Program-made: the position numbers and the translations under genes | DNA from: Candidatus Saccharimonadota bacterium | GTDB lineage: Bacteria; Bacillota_I; Bacilli_A; Mycoplasmatales; Hepatoplasmataceae | DNA: 32,000 bases | NCBI RefSeq assembly: GCF_000582535.1 | Contig: NZ_CP006932.1 | Location: 270,001 to 302,000, forward strand | Direction: 5' to 3' | Notes under the pieces: generated by a model | Database searches by the model: none | What the model was told of the DNA's origin: nothing | What the model saw: the letters and a program-made list of their open reading frames with translations, nothing else | Shown: positions 7,200 through 21,558 of the stretch, piece by piece | How the letters are laid out: each line of letters starts with the position of its first letter | Numbering within the stretch: the first letter of the stretch is position 1

Positions 7200-8624
7200 T
7201 TAAATATTTATTACAATTACTTTCTCTTTTGTCATCGAAAGAATAGAATTTTTGATTCCTTGTGTTCCAAGTCCAGAATTTTTATAACCAATAAAAGGGA
7301 AATTATCAGGTCCACGTTGACCTTTTTTATTAAAATTTACTGTTCCAACATCAAGTTTATTTGCAAGATAAAATAATTTATTAATATCTTTTCCAAAGAT
7401 CGAAACTTGCAATCCAAATTCACAATCATTATGAATTTTAATTAGTTCTTTTAAATTATTATAAGTAATTATTGGAAGCAAAGGACCAAATTGCTCTTCT
7501 TTTGCTAATCTATCAGAAGGTAACACATTAGTAATTAAAGTAGGATAAAAAATATTATTATTGATATTTTTTTTATTTCCAATTAATATTTTTGCTTCTT
7601 TATTTAATGAAGATAATAATTCTTCTTGATATTTTAAAGATTTTTGATCAATTAAAGGGATAATATCTGCATTTTTTTCTGGAAGACCAATCTTTAATTT
7701 TTTTATTTTTGCTAATAAAAGATTTTCTAATTTATTTTTATTTTCTTTATTTACAAAAACTCTTTTAATTGCTGTACATCTTTGTCCAGAATAAGAAAAA
7801 GCCCCTTTTATTATTTCAGAACTAGCATCTTCTAAATCTGCATCATTTAAAATAATTGCTGCATCTTTTCCTCCAAGTTCCATAATTAAAGGAATCATAT
7901 TTGCTTTATTTGCAATATTTTTTCCTACATTTGTACTTCCTGTAAAATTTATAAAATTTATTAAAGGATGAGTTACTAAATAATCACTAATTTCGCTTCC
8001 CTTTCCTGTTACCAAATTTAAAATTCCTGTTTCTACTCCTGTTTCTTCTCATAATTTTATAAGTTTAGTAGCAAAATAACTTCCTTGTGTTGCTGGTTTA
8101 AATACACAAACATTACCACTAATTAAAGCAGGAGCAATTTTAGAAATTGCAAGATTTATTGGAAAATTAAAGGGACTTATTACTAAAATTACACCATATG
8201 GTTTTCTTTCTATTAAAGCAATTTTATTTTTATTTCCTTTATAAAATTGTTCACTTGATTTTGCTTCTAAATTTATGCGATACATTTCTTCTATTGTATA
8301 TCTTATATATGTAATCGATCTTTCAATTTCAGTAATTGAATCATCATAATTTTTTGCAACTTCATTTACAATTAAATTTGCTAGAGTCTCTTTATTTTTT
8401 TCAATAAGATCTGCTCACTTACTAATAAAAAAAGCACGTTCAGAAATTGTTTTTTCTTCTCAACTTTTTTGTTTTTCTTTTGCAAATTTATAAATTAAAT
8501 CAACTGTTTCTTTATTTAAAGCATAAACTTTTGCATATTCTTTTTGTGTTGTTGGATTTAAAATTGAAACATATTTTTCTTCTTTAAATTCTTTTCCTAA
8601 AATATTATATTTTCCTATAATCAT
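7200..8624 (-). CDS. gapN: Non-phosphorylating NADP-dependent glyceraldehyde-3-phosphate dehydrogenase (aldehyde dehydrogenase family), 474 aa
   Basis: Track ORFs 7200..8015 and 8049..8285 plus the N-terminus join through TGA codons. The protein begins MIIGKYNILGKEF. It aligns along its length with streptococcal GapN: ISPFNFPINLAISKIAPALISGNVCVFKP, FINFTGST, MELGGKD, YSGQRCTA (catalytic Cys) and GPDNFPFIGYKNSGLGTQG. The length is 1425 nt, 475 codons. Confidence 0.9.
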
Positions 8625-8662
8625 AATTATTCTTTATTTAAGTAATTCTTAATTTTTAAATA

Positions 8663-11551
8663 TTATTCAAAATCAGAATTAAGTTTTTCTTCCATTTCTT
8701 TTGTTCTTCTTTTCATTTTTAAATCAATTAATAATAAAATTATAGCCAATAATATAATTATTATTAAAATAATAATTATTATATAAATAATTATTTTTGT
8801 TGATATATTATTATCTGTTTTAATTTCTCCTGATCCAGAAATATCTAAAAATTCATTATTAAAATTATTTGTAAAACTAATTTTTGTAAAATTATATGTT
8901 TTATTCGCTTCTAAATCAGAAACATTAAATATAAATTGATATTTTACTGTTCCTGATTCATTTCCTTCACCAATTAAAGAAGAACTACCTAAAATATAGT
9001 CTGCATCATATATATTTCCTTGATCATCTTGTAAATATAATTTATCATTTTGATTAAAATTACTAAAAATTGGTTCATTTTCTGAATCATTTTCAATATA
9101 AATTAGATTATCAATTGTAATTTGAAAATTAAAAGAATTAGTTGTAATTGAATTTGGATCAATAAAAAATGAATTATCAACAAATTCTTTATTTATTATT
9201 AATGTTTCAATTTGAAGTGGAGTAGTGAAATTTATTGTATCAGGATTAGATCCATTTGGATCATTAAAACCAATTCCAGAAAAATTATAAATTTGTCCCG
9301 AAATTAAATCTTCTTGTAAAAAAGTTAATTGATAATTTTGTGTTCCATTAATTTCTCCATTTGTAATTAATTTTGCATCAACAAAAGAAGAATTATAACT
9401 TTCGCCATTTTCATCAATTAATCAAATGCCATTATTTATATCATATTGTGTAAAATTATCTTTTGTTTCATTTTCTTTTAAATTATCAATTTCAATTGTA
9501 TATTCAAAAGAATTTGTTGTAATTGAGTTATTAATTATTGAAATTGAATCAGCTTCAATTATTGGTGTTGCCGGAATTGTTTGAAATTGTGTTACTTCTT
9601 GATCAATTTGATATTTATAATTTCCATCTTCATAAAAATATTGAATTGAATCAATTTGATAATTTGTTTCTGCATTTAAATTATCAATGGTAGTTTGATA
9701 AGAATTATCGATAATAAATTCTTTATAATAAATATTATTATTATCAAGATTTGTATAATTTACTTTTACTTTTCTTTGATCATTTGTGTAATTATCAATA
9801 TTAAAATTATTACTATTTTGACTAGTATCTAAATCTATAATTGCTTCTTCTTCATTGATATTTGAAATTTGATATCCAGAAATTAAATAATCAGTATTTA
9901 TTTCTTCTAAACTGATATCAAAAATATTATTATTTATTAATATTTGTGTGAAATTATAACTATTAGCATATTCAATATTATCAATTTGATAGTAATATTG
10001 ATCATCATCAACATTAGATTTATCAGTAATAAAAGTTGTTTGATATTGAATATCATTTTGATCAATTAATATTACTTCTGGTCCTTCATTTATAATATTT
10101 TGATAGTCATCTAATTTAATATCTAATTCAATATTATTTTCCTCATAATAATTTAAATTTATACTTTTAAGAAGAAAACTATAACTTGAAGTGATTAATT
10201 CTGGATGATTTTTACTTTCTGTTGTTCCATTACCAAATTGTCCATAATTATTATATCCCCACATGTATAAAGTATCAGCGTATCCATCTAAATCATTATC
10301 AATTATTACTCCTATATTTTCTCCACCCAAAGATATGTCAATAATATTACCATTTCAATCATCTTGTCCTTCTGGTGTTATTATTGTAGGATTGCTTACT
10401 TTACTACCAAGATTACTTCCGATTTGTCCATAATCATTATTTCCTCATTCATAAAGAATATCCCCAAATCCATCATTATTTATATCAATTGCTGCTGATG
10501 AATTCGTACCCTCTAAAGATAAATCAATTATATTACCATTTCAATCATCTTGTCCTTCTGGTGTTATTATTGTTGGATAATTTACTTTACTAGGATTATT
10601 ACCAACTTGTCCATAACTATTATATCCCCACATGTATAAAGTATCAGCATACTCATCATTATTAACATCAATTGCAAGACTAGAATGAGAACTACCTAAT
10701 TCTAAATCGATTAAATTTCCATCTCAATAATCTTGATTTTGTGGAGTTATTATTGTTGGATAATATTCATTATTATTTGTTCCATCACCAAGTTGACCAT
10801 AATTATTTTGTCCTCACATATAAAGAGTATCGCCATATCCATCATAATTTGTATCAATAGTAATTCCAGAATGACTACCACCTAAAGATAAATCGATTAT
10901 ATTACCATTTCAATCATCTTGCTCTTCTGGTGTTATTAGTGTAGGAATAGATCTATTATATGTTGTTCCATCACCAATTTTTCCATTACTATTATTTCCT
11001 CACATATATAATGTATCTGCATATCCATCTAAATTAGTATCAATTGTAATTCCTAAATGATTATAGCCAATATCGAAATCAATTATATTACCATTTCAAT
11101 CACCATTTGTTGGTGTTATGATTTGTGGATTATATTTATCAACCTTATTAATTGCATTTCCTCACATATATAATGTATCTGCATATCCATCTAAATTAGT
11201 ATCAATTGTAACACCAGATTGCGAAGAACCTAATGAAAAATCGATTATATTTCCGTTTCAATCATCTTGTCCTTGTGGAGTAATAATTATTGGATTTAAT
11301 ATAGGATCACTTACTTCGCCATTTCCTATTTGCCCATTGCTATTATCTCCTCACATATAAAGCGTATCGGCGTATCCATCATCATTAGTATCAACTGTCA
11401 TTCCTGTATTTGATCCACTCAAATCAAGAAGAATAATCTTATCATTTTGATTTATCTTTACTTCGTTATTAAAATTTAAAAAAGATAAATTATTATTACT
11501 AAAACCAAAAAACAATATTGAAATAAAAAACAATATTATATATTTTTTCAT
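8663..11551 (-). CDS. Surface-anchored protein (962 aa) with a signal peptide, seven-blade RCC1-like propeller, Fn3/Ig-like modules, a C-terminal TM helix and a short basic tail. It is a paralog of <1..3538.
   Basis: I translated the entire minus frame by hand. It is open from ATG 11551 to TAA 8665-8663 (2889 nt, 963 codons), with TGA or TGG as Trp. The N-terminus is MKKYIILFFISILFFGFSNNN. Seven LY(M/E)WG blades are present. The C-terminus is ...KIIIYIIIIIILIIIIILLAIILLLIDLKMKRRTKEMEEKLNSDFE. NYQIDSIQYFYEDGNYKYQIDQ matches NYQIDSIQYFYQNGSYIYQINQ in the plus-strand copy. Confidence 0.9.
10200..11410 (-). repeat. Seven tandem intragenic blade repeats of about 180 nt
   Basis: The plus-strand strings cctcacat, ccccacat or cctcattc (the complement of ..WG) occur at about 11349, 11159, 10999, 10811, 10626, 10443 and 10258. 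Confidence 0.85.
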
Positions 11552-11556
11552 AAATA

Positions 11557-11579
11557 AACAAATTATATTATAATTTGTT
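11557..11579. promoter_or_regulatory. Perfect 11+11 bp palindrome between the HAD stop and the surface-protein start; a terminator or operator candidate
   Basis: aacaaattata (11557-11567), t, tataatttgtt (11569-11579). It sits 5 nt upstream of ATG 11551 (minus sense) and 14 nt after the HAD stop at 11594. The stem is almost entirely A/T (one G-C pair per arm), and both arms contain TATAAT-like strings. Confidence 0.4.
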
Positions 11580-11593
11580 CAAAAATATTTTTT

Positions 11594-12490
11594 TTAATCA
11601 CGTTTTTCAAAAAAATTATTTAAAAAATGGCTTACCCCATTATTATTATTATCGTATTCTGTAACATATTCTGCAATTTCTTTTATTTCATCTAATCCAT
11701 TTATCATAGCAACACCATGATTTGCGTTTTTAATCATCTCATAATCATTTAAATTATCACCAATTGTAATTATATTTTCTTTTTTGATTTTGTATTTATC
11801 CGCAATAAATAAAATTGAAGTTCATTTATTATATTTTTTATTATTTATTTCTAAAATCATTGATTCACCAATATTTTCTCTTCAAAATCAAAGATTTAAA
11901 CTTTTATTATATTTTTCCTTTAATTTTTCTAAAATTTTTAGAATTTTTTCTTGTTCATTTTGATTCACTTTAAGATGCATATAAGTACTAATTGGTTCTT
12001 CGATTTCTTTTTTTAAATCTAATTTTTCAATTTTAAATTTAGGAAATTTTGAATATAAATCAAAAAGTAATTTATCATTTAAATTTTCAATTTTTACATA
12101 ATCTTTATATTTGAAAATAAAATTATATTTAAATTTTTTTAATAAATTTTCATTTGCAATTTTTTTTAAGTCCTTAAGATTAATAGTTTCATTTAAAAGA
12201 ATTTTATTTTTCTTAGGTATAGAAATATAACATCCGTTAAAATTTGAGAGAATGATATTTAAATTTATATTATTAAATAATTCTTCTGATGATTTTAAGC
12301 TTCTTCCTGTTGCAATTACTACTTTGTGACCTTTTTTAATTAATCTATCTAAAATTTTTATTTCCCCATCTAAAATTTGATTATTTGTTTTCTCATTATT
12401 TCAATCTTGATCTGGGATTAAAGTGCGATCAATATCTATTGCAATTAATCATTTTTCTGATTTAGAATTCAATTCAGTTTGTGTTTTCAT
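11594..12490 (-). CDS. Cof-type HAD-superfamily phosphatase (298 aa)
   Basis: Not in the track because of many TGA codons. The protein begins MKTQTELNSKSEKWLIAIDIDRTLI (DxD motif I). It contains VVIATGRS and the C-terminal GDNLNDYEMIKNANHGVAMINGLDEIKEIAEYVT motif. The length is 897 nt, 299 codons. Confidence 0.8.
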
Positions 12491-13763
12491 AAAATTTTAT
12501 TGCTTCCTTATTTGCTTTTACATATTTTTTATCAAAATTTAAAATATACATATTTTTTGGATTTTTAATTCTAGAAAGAGCTGTATATAATTGACCTTCA
12601 GCAAAAATATTTTCACAATCAATCAATAATTCACTAAGAGTCATTCCTTGTGATTTATGAATTGTAATTGCATATGCTAATTTCAAAGGAATTTGTGTAA
12701 AACTACAAATTGTTTCTCCTTTTTGATCAACTTTATTTCATGTATATTCTTTAATTTTTGTTTTATTTCCTTCTAATCATTCTACTTCTACAAAAGAGTG
12801 ATTTAGATTTTTAACAATTCCAATTGAACCATTTATAATCTTATCTTCTTTTTTATTTATAAGCGACATTACTTTTGCCCCTTTTTTGAGAATTAATTTT
12901 TTTGGAATAATAGTTATCTCTTTTTGATACTCTTCAATTATTTGTTTTTTTCTTTCAAGATATTTTTCATCTACTTCAAAATAAGAATTATAAATGTGCT
13001 CTTTTTCTTTTATTTTATTTAAATTATTATTATTAATGTTATCGGCTGATTGGTTTGTTGATACTAATTTCGTAATTTCTTTTTGATTGTTTAATTCTTT
13101 CTTTTCAATAAATTTAAAATAATTCTCTGTTTCTTGATCATAATTTCCATTTCTAATTTTCTGTAAATTTTCAATATATTTTTGATCTATTTGCCGAAAG
13201 TTTTTTGTTAATTTAATATATTTAATGTTGATTTGATTTCAAATTTTTGATTTAAAAATTCATTTTTCATCAAGGTTTTCCCCTTGATAATTTTTAATAA
13301 CAGGAGGTAATTGTAAAAAATCACCAAACATTATTATTTTTATTCCGCCAAATTTTTGATTATTTCCTTTTGCTTTTTGTAATAAAAGATCTATTAATTC
13401 AAAATAATCACTTTTAACCATTGAAATTTCATCAATAATTAAAACATCTGTATTTTTAATTTGTTTTTCTTTGATTTTTCATCTACGATTATTTCTTCCT
13501 GTTATAATTGGAAAATGATCTTTATGATCGTAATTTAAATTTCCTAAATAGTAATTTAATGTTGTTCCTTCAAATATTGTTGCGGAGATTCCTGTAGAAG
13601 AAGTAAAAAAAGCATTAATTCCTTTTTCTCTAAAATAAGTTTTTAATTTTATCAAAAGTGTTGTTTTTCCACTTCCAGCATGTCCTGTAATAAAATAAAA
13701 ATTACTTTCATTTTTCTCATAAATTTTCTTAAATTTTTCTAAATAATCATTTTTTTTGTTCAT
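12462..13763 (-). CDS. PIF1/RecD-like superfamily-1 DNA helicase (433 aa)
   Basis: Track ORFs 13479..13763 and 12474..12686 are its ends, joined through TGA codons. The track's TGA stop at 12474-12476 is Trp, and the real TAA is at 12462-12464. The motifs are Walker A GHAGSGKTT, Walker B DEISM, GDFLQLPPV and TIHKSQGMT. The length is 1302 nt, 434 codons. Confidence 0.8.
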
Positions 13764-13874
13764 TTTTATTATCTGATACCAATTTAATTATAAATAAATG
13801 CTTAAATTATTCTATAATTTAGATACTTATAAATATAGAATTATTGTTAGTCGTAAATAAAATTCAGAATTAAT

Positions 13875-16535
<2,661 letters not shown>

Positions 16536-16566
16536 AATTTAAATTAAGAAAAATAAAAGGAAAAAA

Positions 16567-18333
16567 ATGAGTACTAGTACTATCCAAAAATCAGAATCCA
16601 GTCCAAATCGATATGGACTTCTTACTTTGATTGCTATTATTGTTGGTACTGTAATAGGATCAGGAATATATGTAAAAAATGGTTCATTAGTAGAGCAATC
16701 TGAATCGATAATTCTTTCAACTATTGGTTGAGTAATTGGTGGTCTTATTGTTCTTTCAATGCTTGTTGCTTTTATTGAGATTGTTTCAATTACAAATAAA
16801 AAGAAGGAACAAGGTACATTTACAGCTTGAAGTAGATATCTCTGAGGAGAAAGAAGTTCAAAATTAATTGGAGGATATTTTTTATTTATCTATTTTCCTT
16901 TAATAATGGCTTCAGAGTCAATTTTTGCTGCTAATGAATTTTATATGATTTTTTATCCTGAAGGGACAGGAGGAAATGAAGTTGCTTGATATTTTATTAT
17001 TTCAATAATTGCTTTTTGTATAATTGCTTTTGCTTTTGCAATTACTTCATTTACAGTTAAACCAGGAGAAGCAATTCAATCTTTTGGAACAGTTGCTAAG
17101 ATTCTTCCGCTTCTTTTTATAATTATTCTATTATTTGTTGCTCTTGGATTAAATGGATCTTATGATAATACTTTAATAAATGATGGAGCATATGATCCAA
17201 ATTCAAGTGTAAATACAGGATTACATGAAAATGCGTTCTATAATTTATTATTAATATTACCAGCAATTTTATTTGCGTTTGATGGATTTTTGTTTGCGGC
17301 TTCACTTTCCAATGAAGCAAAAAGTCCTAAAACATATAAAAGAGCTTTAATAATTGCAGTTTTTTTTATTACTCTTATTTATCTTTCTTTTTCAATTGGA
17401 TGTTTTTTATTAGGTGATGGTAATGGAGCTAATAGTAATTATGAAATAAATGGAATTATTGTGGCAATGTTTACCAAATTTGGATTAGAAACTTTAGGTA
17501 ATGATTTACAAATAATAATTACAGTAATTTTAATGATTTCGATTACAACAGCTGTATTTGGATATTCTTTATCTTCAATTTGAACATTATCAGATAGTTC
17601 TAATCTTGATGAAATTGTTGATAAAAATGGAGTTATGATTAGAAGAAATTATAAAGGTGTTCCTACTAATGCAGGAATTAAAATGTTTATTTATACTTTT
17701 GTTGCTCTTATAATAATGCGATTGTTAGATGGAATATTTTTGCTTGTTGTTACAGGAAGTGTTTCTACAATTGGAATGACGGATTATATGTCCAATCTTT
17801 TTACTTTAACAAATTTTGTAATGTATTCTTTAATTATTATTGGTGCAATTAAGAATCGATTTACAAATAAAACAGAAACCGATAAGCAAAAAGGATTTAT
17901 GATTTGTGCTTTCTTTTCAACTTTTATGATTTTATTATCAGTAACTTCGTTAGCTTATTCATTAATTGATGGTTTATTTATTAGTCAAGCAGAAGATGCA
18001 ATTATTTTAAAAACAATTTCAATTGTTATTTTTATTCTTGCGATCTTTATTACTTATTTCTTTAATTATTGACATACAAAAAAAAATATTGCAAAAAATA
18101 AAGAATTTAAAGAATTTTATAAGTATGCTTATAATAATAAAATTCCTTTCTTAGAATATTTAAAACAACACGAGGAAACAAAGGAACATTTAATTCAATA
18201 TAATAAATATCATTCAATGACCTTGCATGAAAAATTAAAACATCGATTTAAAAATCAGAAAAAATTATGAAAAGAAATGTGATCAGATTTTAAAAAATGA
18301 TTGAAAAATATTTTTAAACGAAAAGAAAAATAA
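16567..18333 (+). CDS. APC-superfamily amino acid/polyamine permease (588 aa)
   Basis: The protein begins MSTSTIQKSESSPNRYGLLTLIAIIVGTVIGSGIYV. It has about 12 hydrophobic segments. Track ORFs 17290.. and 17635.. are in frame with ATG 16567, and the TAA is at 18331-18333. Confidence 0.8.
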
Positions 18334-18444
18334 TTATTGAATTTTGCTAAAATAGTTTATCATTAAAATTATTATGTGTATTTTTAGATTTTAGATTGTT
18401 AAACATTAATAAAATATAAAAATTGGGGTTAATAAATTGTTTTA

Positions 18445-20802
18445 ATGAAAAAATTTATTTTTAATATTTTTTCTTTAATAATTCTTACATCAGGATTGCT
18501 TTTTGGTAGTTTTAAAATTGATATAAATAATAAAACTGCTGATTTTAAATTTCCTAAATATCAAAATAATCAAACTGATATCAATCAATTAATTGTCGGA
18601 TTAGATCAGTCTTTTTATTTTGATTTAGAAAATAAAATTATTTATCAAAATAATTATGATTTAACATTACAAGTAAGTCCTGATAATTCTGAAAATTGAA
18701 TTGAAAAAGAGATTAATAATAATCTATTTTTACAAGGAAAAGAAATATTTAAAAATGCAATGGAAATAACTTATGATTTAAATTTTCAGCAAAATTCCTG
18801 AAATAATTGAAATACAAATTTTTATTTCCGTGATGATAGTAATTTATTAATTGGTTATTTTACAGATTATTATTCTTATGATTATCTTTATTTTGAAATT
18901 CCTGAAGAAGTTAATTTAGAAGAAATTATTGATTTTGGTTATATTAATAATCAATTCATTATTTTATTTGCAAATGGAGATTTATTATTAGATCAAACAC
19001 TTTATCAATATGATCAAGATAGCAATTCTTATTTTGATTTTACATATTTAAATCAGGGAAAAATTATTGATTTTACGATGACTGATAATTATCTTTTTGC
19101 TGTTACTGATCAAGGGGCTGTTTATCAATATGGAAAAGATATTTTTGATTTTGATAAAAATCAAGATAGTTTATTATCTCCTATTTTAATTTATTCTTAT
19201 GATTCAGATTTAGATAAATCATATTATTATACTTATGAAAAAAATCAAGGAATAACTTCACAAATAAAAAATGATAGTCCAATTGAAGGACCTGTTTTAT
19301 CTCTTTATTTAGAAGCAACAAATGGAACATCAGATTATAATCATTTAATTTTCAAAACAGATCGAAATTTTTATCAAATCTATTATTACCAAAATTATTT
19401 ACTTACAATAGATATTTTCTTCAAAGTAGATAATTATAATCTTTCTTATTATGAAATAAAAGAAAATCATTTTAATAATTCTGATATCTATGCAATAAAT
19501 ACAGATAATCAAGATAATAATTATCTCTATAAAAGTAATGTTAATGATTTTACAGAAAATAATCTTAAAATAATTAATTTTAATTTACTTACAGAAACAG
19601 AAGAAACATCAATAGATGGATATACATCACCAATTTATAATAAAGAAATTATTAATTTTGAAGAAACAGAAGTATCAAATGTTTATTTAGTTAAAACAAA
19701 TGATGAACTTGAATATTTAGTTAAATTAATAATTGATGATAATGGCGAAATAATTTATTATCAAGTTTCTACTTATAATTGAATTCATAAAATAAATGAA
19801 ACGGTTTATGCAGGAAAATCTCAATTAATTACACAAACAACTGAAAAATTAGAATTTAAAATTAGTGATGTTAAAATAAATAGTGATCGTTCACTTAATG
19901 AAATTAATTTAAATCTTAAAGTCAATAATGTAACATTTGATGACTCTTATTATAAATTATCATTTGAAGGAGTAGAAACTGATCAAAATGGAATTATAAG
20001 TTATTATTTTAAAATAAATCTTAAACCTAATAATTCAAATTCTTTAATTTATCTTAATTATTTAAATATTTATGATATTAATAATGAATTAGTAACAAAA
20101 GATATCGATTATCAAACTTATACTTTAATGCGAAATCCAATTTTAGCTACCAATAATAATTTTAAAATAATAGAAAATGATGAAGATGAAACAGATACAA
20201 GTTTTTATTTTGATCTTTATTTCTTTGCAAATGGTGATTTTGATCTTGAAAACGATCAAGTTGTAAAATTAAATGCAATAGAAACTTCAAATGGTGAATC
20301 TAAAGATGTTGTTTTAGATGCAATATATGTACAGAACTTAAATAATAATCAAAATAATTCTTCTTTATCTGAAATAAATGAAATTTATCAATATAAAGTA
20401 GAAAATTTAGATGAAAATGCTGAATATAGTGATTTTATGCTTACTGTTACTGAAAAAAATGTAGTTGGTGAAGTTCAAACAGAAAATCTTACTTTAAGTG
20501 CAGTTCCTCCGTTTATTTCAGGATCTACTAAATTTCCTATTTTTGCTTATGTTTTATTAATTGCGTTTATTTTATTATTTATTGCGATTTTGACATTTTA
20601 TTACTTGAACTACGTTTACAACAAAAAAACAGCTGAAAAAATTGAATATACTTTTGAAAATTGAGATACTTTGTCACAAGAAGATATTATTAAAAATGAT
20701 AAAACAATAAAAACATCAGAATATCAACCAAAAACAACACATAAAACTTTTTCTAATAAATTAAATTTAAAAGAAGATCAAGATGATAAAAATAATAATT
20801 AA
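18445..20802 (+). CDS. Surface-anchored hypothetical protein (785 aa) with an N-terminal signal/anchor, a Tyr/Asn/Asp-rich ectodomain, Fn3/Ig-like C-terminal modules, a C-terminal TM helix and a basic tail
   Basis: Track ORFs 18445.., 19078.. and 20128.. are in one frame, joined only by TGA codons. I checked the connecting codons by hand. The N-terminus is MKKFIFNIFSLIILTSGLLFGS. The TM segment is FPIFAYVLLIAFILLFIAILTFYYL at about 20530-20605. The TAA is at 20800-20802. Confidence 0.75.
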
Positions 20803-20850
20803 ATAATTTATAATTCATTTGCTAATAAATAGAAAGTTTAATAGATTATA

Positions 20851-21555
20851 ATGCATCGCTTTTTCATAGATGAAAAATTTAATAATAATCAAATAAATCC
20901 ATCTAAAAAAATTCTTCATCAATTAACAAAGGTTTTAAGAATTCAAAAAGATGAAGATTTTGTTGTTATTCAAAATAATAAAGAATATCTTTGTAATTTG
21001 ATAAATGAAAAAATAATTTTAAAAAAAGAATTACAAGAAAAAATTATCAATAAAAAAATAGAACTAATTTTAGTACAAAGTTTTCCTAAAAATAAAAAGT
21101 TATCAATAATTTTGCAAAAAGCAACAGAAATTGGTGTAGATAAAATATATCTTTGAAAAACAATTTATTCAAATAATTTATTTTCTGACATTGTAAAAAA
21201 AAATGAGCGTTTTAAAAAAATTTTAAAAGAAGCTTCAGAGCAATCTAATAGAATTAAAATTCCTGAACTTTTTTATTTAAAATCAATAGAGGAAATTAAA
21301 TTTGTCAAAAGTGATTTACTATTATTTTTTTATGAAAAAGCTAATCCAATTACTAATAATATTAAAAATTATTTATATGATCTTAAAAAATTCAAAAGAA
21401 TTTTTATATTTATTGGTCCTGAAGGAGGGTTTAGCAAAGAGGAAATTAATTTATTTGAATTAAAAAAAGCAAAATTAGTTTCTTTAGGTGAAAATATTTT
21501 ACGAACTGAAACAGCAGCAATTGTTGCATTAGCCTTAGTAAAATATTTTTTATAG
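20851..21555 (+). CDS. rsmE: 16S rRNA (uracil1498-N3)-methyltransferase (234 aa)
   Basis: The N-terminus MHRFFID is typical of RsmE. The C-terminal region has GPEGGFSKEE and LGENILRTETAAIVALA. There is one internal TGA at 21154-21156. Confidence 0.85.
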
Positions 21556-21558
21556 AAT

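Noticed and set aside
1-11551. The inverted paralogs as terminal inverted repeats of a composite transposon or mobile island
   Set aside because: There is no transposase, integrase or recombinase, no target-site duplication and no tRNA boundary visible. The repeats are the genes themselves.
13764-13874. A T-box or other leader upstream of ileS, and likewise upstream of trpS at 25277-25288
   Set aside because: The ileS upstream region is only 111 nt, shows no specifier or T-box-like conserved sequence and no stable stems. trpS starts 12 nt after the RNase J stop.
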